Positions 35,240 to 42,999 of a stretch of 64,000 bases of DNA are shown here, in pieces. Position numbers and translations under genes: made by a program. Below the pieces are notes generated by a model. It was given only the letters and a program-made list of their open reading frames with translations. It had not been told where the DNA came from and ran no database searches. Each line of letters starts with the position of its first letter. Within the stretch, counting starts at the first letter, position 1. The stretch comes from Alphaproteobacteria bacterium (GTDB taxonomy: Bacteria; Pseudomonadota; Alphaproteobacteria; GCA-2731375). Location of the stretch: the NCBI GenBank assembly GCA_965225945.1, contig CBDDBZ010000038.1, positions 352,001 through 416,000 of the forward strand. The letters run 5' to 3'.

Positions 35240-35385
35240 ACTCTCGCCCGTCGTCGCTCGTCCAGGCGCGAGTATACCGGGCCCGATGGCCCACCGCGCG
35301 CGCGATTGCGCGCCGGGCGGCGAAGCTGCCATGATGGCCAGGACGGGTGGTGGCGGCCCGGAGGCAGGGGAGGAGAAGTCTCGGC

Positions 35386-36063
35386 ATGGAACTTTCGGAC
35401 CAGACGGCGCGCGAATTCTACCAAGACATCAAGGCCAATCCGAACCGGGCCCGCTTCGGTTTCGGGCGCAAGGCCGCGATCGTCAATGTCGACCTGCAGA
35501 AGGCCTATACCTGCGTCGAGGAATTCAAGACCGCTTACGAAACCGATTCCCATCAGCTCGACTACGTCAACCAGATCTCCAACGCGGCGCGCGAGAAGCA
35601 CCTGCCGGTGGTCTGGACGCGGGTCGGCTACGGTGAGAACGCCGAGGACTGCGGCGTTTGGGGCACCCGCACCGACACCCCCGATTCGCTTCAGAACATC
35701 AAAATCGGCGCCCGCCGGCACGAATTCGACGACCGCCTTGAGATCGAGGAGGCGCACGATCTGGTCTACACCAAGCGCATGCCGTCGGCCTTCTTCGAGA
35801 CATCCCTGGCCTCGTTCCTGGTCTTCCATCGCGTCGACACGGTGATCGTCACCGGCGGCTCGACGTCTGGATGCGTGCGGGCGACCGTGGTCGACAGCCT
35901 GGCGCACGGCTACCGCACGATCGTTCCCGAGGAGTGCGTCGCCGACAAGCACGAGATCCCGCACTTCGCCAACCTGGCGGACATGATGCTGAAATATGCC
36001 GATGTCGTGCCGGTCGCCGACGTGATCGACTACCTGGCCGACTACCGGCCCTCCAACGCGTGA
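35386..36063 (+). CDS. isochorismatase family cysteine hydrolase (N-carbamoylsarcosine/maleamate amidohydrolase-like)
   Basis: VDLQKAY, KRMPSAFFET, GGSTSGCVRATVVD, KYADV. Confidence 0.85.
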   Translation: MELSDQTAREFYQDIKANPNRARFGFGRKAAIVNVDLQKAYTCVEEFKTAYETDSHQLDYVNQISNAAREKHLPVVWTRVGYGENAEDCGVWGTRTDTPDSLQNIKIGARRHEFDDRLEIEEAHDLVYTKRMPSAFFETSLASFLVFHRVDTVIVTGGSTSGCVRATVVDSLAHGYRTIVPEECVADKHEIPHFANLADMMLKYADVVPVADVIDYLADYRPSNA

Positions 36064-36071
36064 GGCGGCCC

Positions 36072-36983
36072 GTGCGGCGGGATCCCGGGCTCTACGACTA
36101 CACGGCGGAGAACGATCGGCCGATCGTGCGCTGGCCGAACGGCGCGCGCGTCGCCTTCTGGGTGGCGCCCAACCTGGAATTCTACGAGTTCGAGCCTCCC
36201 GACAGCCCGCTCCGCAAGCCGTGGCCCCGCCCGGTGCCCGACGTCTTGGCCTATTCGCATCGCGATTACGGCAACCGCGTCGGCCACTGGCGCATGATGG
36301 AGGTCATGGACCGTTGCGGCGTGCGTGGCAGCGTCTCGCTGAACGTCGCCGTGTGCGAGCATCACCCCGAGATCGTCGAGGCCATGGTGAAACGCGATTG
36401 GGAGTTGATGAGCCACGGCATCTACAACACCCGCTACACCTACGCCATGAGCGAGGCCCAGGAGCGGGAGATGATCGAGGACGTCATCCGGACCATCGCC
36501 GAGCATTCCGGCCAACGGGTGGCCGGCTGGCTGTCGCCGGCCCTGACCAACACCGAGCGCACCATGGAGCTGTTGGCGGAATACGGCATCAAGTACACCT
36601 GCGACCTGTTCCATGACGACCAGCCGCAGCCGGTGCGGACGACGCGCGGCCGGCTGATCAGCGTGCCCTATTCGCTGGAGATGAACGACACGGTGGTGTT
36701 GCTCTTCAACGCCGGTTCGCCCCGCTACTACGCCGAGATTCTGAAACGCCAGTTCGACCAGCTCTACGAGGAAGGGGCGGAGAACGGCAAGGTGATGTGC
36801 ATCCCGCTCCACCCCTTCCTGATCGGACAGCCGCATCGCATCGGTCCCTTCGCCGAGGCGCTGGAATACATCACCGGGCACGACGAGGTCTGGATCACCA
36901 CCGGGCGGGAAATCGCCGAGTGGTATGACGCGCATTACTACGACGCGGCCCTCGCCTTCGCGCGCGCCCGTGGGGGGGCGTGA
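36072..36983 (+). CDS. polysaccharide deacetylase family (PuuE allantoinase-like) protein 1
   Basis: WPNGARVAFWV, RDYGNRVG, ELMSHG, GWLSP, DDQP, LHPFLIGQPHR. Confidence 0.85.
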   Translation: MRRDPGLYDYTAENDRPIVRWPNGARVAFWVAPNLEFYEFEPPDSPLRKPWPRPVPDVLAYSHRDYGNRVGHWRMMEVMDRCGVRGSVSLNVAVCEHHPEIVEAMVKRDWELMSHGIYNTRYTYAMSEAQEREMIEDVIRTIAEHSGQRVAGWLSPALTNTERTMELLAEYGIKYTCDLFHDDQPQPVRTTRGRLISVPYSLEMNDTVVLLFNAGSPRYYAEILKRQFDQLYEEGAENGKVMCIPLHPFLIGQPHRIGPFAEALEYITGHDEVWITTGREIAEWYDAHYYDAALAFARARGGA

Positions 36984-37927
36984 CGATCATGGATCTGCCC
37001 GCGGACTATCTGCGCTATCCCCGCCGGATGCGCGGCATGGACCATGACCGCTACGACTGGTCGATCCTGCCGCGCCGCGACCCGGTCGTCTGGCCGGGCG
37101 GCGCCCGGCTGGCGCTTTGGGTGGTGGTGGCGCTGGAATGGTTCCCGCTCGATATGACGGGAAAACCGTTTCTGCTGCCGGGCGGTTTCACCCGGCCCTA
37201 TCCCGACTATTGGAACTACACGACCCGCGACTATGGCAACCGGATCGGCATTTTCAGGGTGATGCGGGTGCTCGACGACCTCGCCATCCCAGCCTCGGCG
37301 GCAATGAACTCGGCCTTGGCGGAGCGCCATCCGAGCCTGGTCGAGGAGATCGTCCGGCGGAAATGGGAGATCATCGCCCACGGCGTCGACATGAGCCGGC
37401 CGCTCCATGGCGCCATGGATGGAGCCGAGGAAGCGGCGCTGGTGGAAGAATCGGTGACGGTGTTGCGCCGCCTCTCCGGCCAGCCAGTCAACGGCTGGCT
37501 GTCGCCGGGCCGCTCGGAATCGCTGGACACGCCCGACATCGTCGCACGCCACGCCATCAGGTACCTTTGCGATTGGGCCAACGACGACATGCCCTACGCC
37601 ATGCGGACGGCGGCGGGCCGGCTCCACGCCATGCCGCACGGCCACGAGCTGGACGATCACCTGATTCTGGTCCGCGACCACCACGGAGAGGACTCGTTCT
37701 GCCGCCAGATCGTCGATCAATTCGATGCTCTCTACCGGGAGGCGGAGTCCGACGGCGGGCGCATCCTGGCGATCAGCCTGCATCCCTGGGTGATCGGCCA
37801 GGCGTTCCGCATCGCCTCGCTGCGCGCGGCGCTGGAGCACGTCATGGCGCACGACGGCGTGTGGGCGGCGACGGGGACGGAAATACTGGACGCCTTCGAG
37901 GCGCGGGGCGCGACCCGGGAGACGTAG
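36980..37927 (+). CDS. polysaccharide deacetylase family (PuuE allantoinase-like) protein 2
   Basis: WPGGARLALWV, RDYGNRIG, EIIAHG, GWLSP, DDMPY, LHPWVIGQ. Confidence 0.85.
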   Translation: MTIMDLPADYLRYPRRMRGMDHDRYDWSILPRRDPVVWPGGARLALWVVVALEWFPLDMTGKPFLLPGGFTRPYPDYWNYTTRDYGNRIGIFRVMRVLDDLAIPASAAMNSALAERHPSLVEEIVRRKWEIIAHGVDMSRPLHGAMDGAEEAALVEESVTVLRRLSGQPVNGWLSPGRSESLDTPDIVARHAIRYLCDWANDDMPYAMRTAAGRLHAMPHGHELDDHLILVRDHHGEDSFCRQIVDQFDALYREAESDGGRILAISLHPWVIGQAFRIASLRAALEHVMAHDGVWAATGTEILDAFEARGATRET

Positions 37928-37976
37928 AAGCGAGGCGCGGGCACGGAGACTGGGTTCCGGCCGGTCGCGGAGACCA

Positions 37977-38230
37977 TCATCTAGGACGCCGAGGTCGCCA
38001 TGCAGGCGGCGCTTCAGGGCCGAGGCGTGGCGCGCGGCGTGGCACCCACCACCGGCTGGGCGATGAAGGCGATGACGCTCGCCTCGCCCAACGCCTCGAT
38101 CTTGGTCTCCAGCTCGTCGGCGACGCGCAGGCCGTGGGCCACCTCGCTCTCGCCGGCCTGCTTGAAGCGGTAGGGAAAGCGGGCTGAGATGTGGTGCGCC
38201 GCAATCAACAGCGGCTCGTCGGTGCAATTC
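37977..38230 (-). pseudogene. internal fragment of a class III aminotransferase
   Basis: EPLLIAAHHIS..FPYRFKQAGESEVAHGLRVADELETKIEALGEASVIAFIAQPVVGAT; no N-terminus, decays after GAT. Confidence 0.65.
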
Positions 38231-38307
38231 ATTTTTTTGGAAAGCTCTTCGCCTCGCGCTAGCTGCGAGTTTAGAATGCCTCGTGGTCCACCTAGTAGGA
38301 GGCGCGA

Positions 38308-39468
38308 TTGGGCATCCGCGATGTCCATCTGGCCATCGTCATGTTGGCGATCGTCGGATCGGCGGCTGTCTTGGCCTCGCCGTGCTGGGCAGAACAAGAC
38401 GCCGACCCGGTTCGTCGAGTTCAGGAACGTCTGATCGGAGCTGGATATAGGCCGGGTCCGACGGGTGACGTTATGCAGCCTCGGACAGGTAAAGACCTAT
38501 GTGCCCTCCAAAGTAAGGAGGGTATGCCGCCGCACGGCAATGTCGACGTTTGGACAAAGCGGTACCTCGTCGTCGCGGCGCGATCCGCGTCAAGGGCCTG
38601 GCCTACCCCAGGTTCGGGTGAAGTGTCACTGGCATTGCGACGGATACAGCAGCAGTTGGCACTGTTGGGCCATGATCCGGGACCGGCCAACGGCATGTTG
38701 GGCCTCAAGACGCGTAGTGCGATCCGACGCTTCCAAGAGAGTCAAGGCTTGCCGCCGACAGGTGAGCCGGACGATTTGACGAGGGCCGCCCTGGCTTCCA
38801 AAGCGGGCAAGGCATCGTCGCGTAGGGTAGGTGCCGCGTCGGGAGAAGTGTCGATTTGGACATACCAGGCGCAGAAGAAGCTGAAGTCGCTTGGCTACGA
38901 TCCGGGAGCGATCAACGGTGTCATGTCTCGGAAGACACGAGCAGCGCTGATCAGGTTCCAAGAAGTTTCAGGCCTCAAGTCGTCCGGTGACATCGATTCG
39001 GCGACGAGAGCGGCGCTGGACGGGGCGGAACCGATCGCGCTGCCGCTTTCCACTGGCGGAGCCGAAGGACAGGTCGCAAGGATGCCGACCGACGATGCCG
39101 CCCCCGTCGACGTCGCGGCGACGCCGCCCGGGTCTGCCGTGCCGTCGATCACGCCGGATGCGACAACGGCGTCGTCGGTGGCGGTTTCGCCAGCACCGAC
39201 GACATCGGGGCGGGCGGTTCAATCGTCAGGCGAACGCGCCGCGCCTGGTTCCGAGTCGAGTGGTGACGAGGGCGGCGGTGGTGGCGCGGCGATCTGGTTG
39301 TTGTTGGGCGTTGGTGCGCTCCTGCTGTGGTTTTATCGCCGGCGTCGAAAGCGGCGTCGCGCCACGGCCCCGCGAGTAACGAGGTCTAAACCCGAATCCC
39401 TTGCCCGAACCTCCGAGCCCACGGCGACCAACGCGAAATCCACAACCTGCGCGCCGGCGCCAGAGTAA
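38308..39468 (+). CDS. signal peptide + three peptidoglycan-binding repeats + TM helix (N-terminal half of a split SngA-like protein)
   Basis: AGGAGG RBS then TTG; IQQQLALLGHDPGPANGMLGLKTRSAIRRFQESQGLPPTG and AQKKLKSLGYDPGAINGVMSRKTRAALIRFQ repeats plus one degenerate copy; AAIWLLLGVGALLLWFY followed by RRRRKRRR. Confidence 0.8.
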   Translation: MGIRDVHLAIVMLAIVGSAAVLASPCWAEQDADPVRRVQERLIGAGYRPGPTGDVMQPRTGKDLCALQSKEGMPPHGNVDVWTKRYLVVAARSASRAWPTPGSGEVSLALRRIQQQLALLGHDPGPANGMLGLKTRSAIRRFQESQGLPPTGEPDDLTRAALASKAGKASSRRVGAASGEVSIWTYQAQKKLKSLGYDPGAINGVMSRKTRAALIRFQEVSGLKSSGDIDSATRAALDGAEPIALPLSTGGAEGQVARMPTDDAAPVDVAATPPGSAVPSITPDATTASSVAVSPAPTTSGRAVQSSGERAAPGSESSGDEGGGGGAAIWLLLGVGALLLWFYRRRRKRRRATAPRVTRSKPESLARTSEPTATNAKSTTCAPAPE

Positions 39469-39550
39469 CGAGGTCTAAACCCGAATCCCTTGCCCGAACC
39501 TCCGAGCCCACGGCGACCAACGCGAAATCCACAACCTGCGCGCCGGCGCC
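39374..39550. repeat. 88-bp perfect tandem duplication, period 89
   Basis: 39374-39461 identical to 39463-39550. Confidence 0.95.
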
Positions 39551-39590
39551 TCGGGGGGATCTCTGGGTTCCTGCGGGAAAATCCGCCAAA

Positions 39591-41555
39591 GTGGCCGGAC
39601 TCCAGATCGGTGGCATGGTCTACGTCGGTCGCGGCTTGGATACGGACCGCCTGGCTCGGGTCGAAAACTGCTTGATCGACCCTTCGCTCCCCGTCGCCAA
39701 GGGGCAGGCAGATAGTGGCGGTGAGTACATGCCGTACTGGCCCAGCTATTCGGACATCTCCCCGTCTTCGAGACTTGCATATCTCCAGTGGCTCGCCTCG
39801 GGGCGTTCGTCTCCAGACGTCTCTATCGGCTATGTCTTTCTCTACTTCTATGGGTTGGAACGTCGCCTACTGCTAGACCGGCCGAGCGAGGACGAATGCC
39901 GCGCGTTGATAGCCGAAGTTGAAAGGCTGCGCGGGATCTATGGGAGCAGTCGATCATTCAAACGCTATTCCGAGGCGTTGTTGGGCGCTGCGGAGGTGCT
40001 CAGACCCGAGGGCGCGATCACCAGGCCGAATTCCGAAGCGCTATTGAACCGCACGGACTGGGAACCGCCGTTATCGTTACTTCTCGATCTGGGCAAAACG
40101 ATCCTCTCGGGTCGACCCTTGGACGGTCAACAGCTCTTTTGCTGGTGGCTCGCCGACCCCGACACGCGCTTCCGTACACCGGCCCGCCGTGCCTTCCAGG
40201 GATTCGAAATGCTTTTTCAATCGCGGTTCGCGCGGGAACATCCGAATGGGCTGTCTATTAAAACGCCAAAGTCGCGATTGAAGCACGTCTATCGATCGGC
40301 CAGCGGTTCGTTCGAGAGGAATTTCGCGGATGAACTGAACTGGTGCTCCGACGTATCTCGGCTAAAGAAGCCGCTGAAAACGGCGGCCGAGATCGCCGAA
40401 ACCTGCATGAACGACCTCGACTCATATAGCCGTTATCTCGGCCGCAAACCGGAGGGCCGCGACACCATAGAGGCGCACGCATTGTTGCCCGCCGAACTTG
40501 CCGCCATGCTGCCGAACACGGAATTGCAGGCGCTCCGGGCCTGGGTCGATCGATGTATAGCGGATGCCGACGGTCTGGTCCGCGTCGAGCAGGTGCTGGA
40601 GCGATTGGAAGGGGAACAACCGCTAAAGGTCGGCAAAAGGTCGTTGGTCGGCGCGGCGGATGTGCTCGCGCGTGTCGGAATTGGCTTGGCGCCCGATCCG
40701 CGGTTCGCGATTCGGGCGCCTAAGCTCGGCGAACCGGTCGTTCTCTTCGAGCTGCCCGAGGAAACGACGACGTTGGAGGACGTCGGTCCGGGTTACGCGA
40801 GCGCGGTGCTCTCACTCGCCCTCGGTACGTATATCGCGCATGCGGACGGCATCGTCTCGGAAATCGAGCGGGAGCGTCTCGCGGCACAGATCGACCGTAT
40901 GGAGATTCTGTCGAAGGGCGAGCGGGCGAGGCTGCACGCGAATCTGCAATGGATGATAGCGGTACCGCCGACCTTGGCGCCGGTACGCAAGCGACTGTCC
41001 AGACTGCCCGAAGAGCAGAAGCACGAACTCGGTCGCATCGCCATCGCCATCGCCGGCGCCGACGGGGTGGTCGATCCGGCCGAGGTCGATGCGTTGCTCA
41101 AGCTGTACCGCGTCATGGGACTGCCGCAAGACGAGATCTTTGGCGACCTGCACGCGATGGCTTCGGCCCCCGCCGAAGAGCCGGTGACGGTTCTGAAATC
41201 CTCGGGACATTCGTCTGGCTATGCGATTCCCGAACCGAAGGGGACGGGGGGCCCGGGACCAACGGGAACGGTGCAGCTCGACCTGGCTCTCGTCCAGAAG
41301 ACCATGGAAGATACGAACCTGGTCTCGGCCGTGCTGTCCGAGGTTTTCGTAGCCGACATACTGGAAGAGGAATCGGAACAGGAGGCCGACGACGGCGACG
41401 CGGAAGCGACGAAACTCGATGGTCTCGACGCTTCTCACAGGGCACTCCTCGAAGAGCTGCTGACCCGGACGTCGTGGAACGCGATCGACTTCGCCAAGCT
41501 GGCCGGACATTTCGGATTGATGAGCGGACGGTGGAACGCTCGACTTCGACGCTGA
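39591..41555 (+). CDS. TerB_N-TerB-TerB_C protein (Shango SngA-like)
   Basis: GGMVYVG, YWPSYSDISP..R.AYL.WLASGR, IGYVFLYFYGLERR, AHADGIVSEIERE, AGADGVVDPAEV; the C-terminal WAFETFDEPLLE lies just past a TGA. Confidence 0.85.
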   Translation: MAGLQIGGMVYVGRGLDTDRLARVENCLIDPSLPVAKGQADSGGEYMPYWPSYSDISPSSRLAYLQWLASGRSSPDVSIGYVFLYFYGLERRLLLDRPSEDECRALIAEVERLRGIYGSSRSFKRYSEALLGAAEVLRPEGAITRPNSEALLNRTDWEPPLSLLLDLGKTILSGRPLDGQQLFCWWLADPDTRFRTPARRAFQGFEMLFQSRFAREHPNGLSIKTPKSRLKHVYRSASGSFERNFADELNWCSDVSRLKKPLKTAAEIAETCMNDLDSYSRYLGRKPEGRDTIEAHALLPAELAAMLPNTELQALRAWVDRCIADADGLVRVEQVLERLEGEQPLKVGKRSLVGAADVLARVGIGLAPDPRFAIRAPKLGEPVVLFELPEETTTLEDVGPGYASAVLSLALGTYIAHADGIVSEIERERLAAQIDRMEILSKGERARLHANLQWMIAVPPTLAPVRKRLSRLPEEQKHELGRIAIAIAGADGVVDPAEVDALLKLYRVMGLPQDEIFGDLHAMASAPAEEPVTVLKSSGHSSGYAIPEPKGTGGPGPTGTVQLDLALVQKTMEDTNLVSAVLSEVFVADILEEESEQEADDGDAEATKLDGLDASHRALLEELLTRTSWNAIDFAKLAGHFGLMSGRWNARLRR

Positions 41556-41673
41556 ACGACGGTGCGCTGGGCCTTCGAGACCTTTGACGAGCCGCTGTTG
41601 GAGGAAGACGACGAGTTGACGGTCAGCACCGCGATCGTCGAGTTCCTGACATACCCGACGAGGAGGGAACCAG

Positions 41674-42999
41674 ATGACGCGACCCAACATCAGACCGCGT
41701 GAACGTGACGTCATCCTACAAGCACTCCGGGCCGGTGTCGTTCCGAAGCTCGGCCTCAGACACATCCAAGTCGGGCGAGCACGCGAAGTCCATGAGATGG
41801 TCCGAGACATGGAGCGCATCGACGATGCGGGCGCCACGATCCGTTTCGTCATCGGTGAATATGGCTCGGGCAAGACGTTCTTCCTGAATCTTGTGCGGCT
41901 AATCGCGCTGGAAAAGGGGATGGTCGTCATGTCGGCCGATTTGGCGCCGGACAGACGGCTGCATGCGAGCGGTGGTCAGGCTCGGTCGCTCTTCGCGGAA
42001 ATGACCCGCAATCTCGCGACGCGTTCGAAGCCCGATGGCGGCGCGCTACCCAGTGTCGTCGAGCGCTTCGTCACCCAGGCCATTCGAGAAGCCGGTGACG
42101 ACGACGTGCAAGAGGTCATCCGCGCGAAGCTGGCGCACCTGGAGGAACTGGTCGGCGGCTACGAATTCGCCTCCGTGATCGCCAGATACTGGCAGGGACA
42201 CGAGGAAGGCAACGAGCAACTGAAATTGGATGCCTTGCGCTGGCTTCGGGCCGAGTTTGCCACGCGTACCGATGCCCGCAACGCGCTCGGCGTGCGCACC
42301 ATCATCGACGACCGGAGCGTCTACGATCACTTGAAGCTGTTCTCGGCCTTCGTCCGCCAAGCCGGCTATCGCGGTCTCGTCATCGTGATCGATGAGCTCG
42401 TCAACCTCTATAAGCTCTCGAACAGTCAAGCGCGGAACGCCAACTATGAACAGATCTTGCGAATCCTCAACGACGTCTTGCAGGGCACCGCTTCCCACCT
42501 CGGTTTTCTGCTCGGGGGCACGCCGGAATTCCTGATGGACACGCGGCGCGGTCTCTACAGCTATCAAGCGCTGCAATCGAGGTTGGCGGAAAACACCTTT
42601 GCTCGCGACGGATTGGTCGACCTCTCCGGCCCCATTGTCCGATTACAGAACCTTTCGCCGGAGGATCTTTACGTTCTCCTCACCAATGTCAGGAACGTTT
42701 TTGCGGGAGGAGAGGACGCCGAAACCAGCGTACCGGACGATGCGTTGAAGGCTTTTATGACACATTGCTCCGAGCACATCGGTGATGCTTATTTTCGAAC
42801 GCCGAGGAATACGGTCACGGCATTCGTAAACTTGCTGTCGGTTATCGAGCAGAACCCAGGCACTGACTGGCAACAACTAATCGGCGATGTCGACATCGGC
42901 CATGACATGGGTGATGATTTGAGCGATATCGTCGATCATGAAGGCGAACGGGAACCGACGTCGAGCGATGACGAGCTCACCTCCTTCAAACTCCGCTGA
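41674..42999 (+). CDS. DUF2791 P-loop ATPase (Shango SngB-like)
   Basis: ILQALRAGVVPKLGL.HIQVGR, Walker A GEYGSGKT, Walker B VIVIDE, GLYSYQALQSRL. Confidence 0.88.
   Translation: MTRPNIRPRERDVILQALRAGVVPKLGLRHIQVGRAREVHEMVRDMERIDDAGATIRFVIGEYGSGKTFFLNLVRLIALEKGMVVMSADLAPDRRLHASGGQARSLFAEMTRNLATRSKPDGGALPSVVERFVTQAIREAGDDDVQEVIRAKLAHLEELVGGYEFASVIARYWQGHEEGNEQLKLDALRWLRAEFATRTDARNALGVRTIIDDRSVYDHLKLFSAFVRQAGYRGLVIVIDELVNLYKLSNSQARNANYEQILRILNDVLQGTASHLGFLLGGTPEFLMDTRRGLYSYQALQSRLAENTFARDGLVDLSGPIVRLQNLSPEDLYVLLTNVRNVFAGGEDAETSVPDDALKAFMTHCSEHIGDAYFRTPRNTVTAFVNLLSVIEQNPGTDWQQLIGDVDIGHDMGDDLSDIVDHEGEREPTSSDDELTSFKLR

Noticed and set aside
41674-42999. BREX system
   Set aside because: DUF2791 ATPases occur in BREX, but no pglZ or pglX is present; the TerB and Lhr-helicase partners fit Shango
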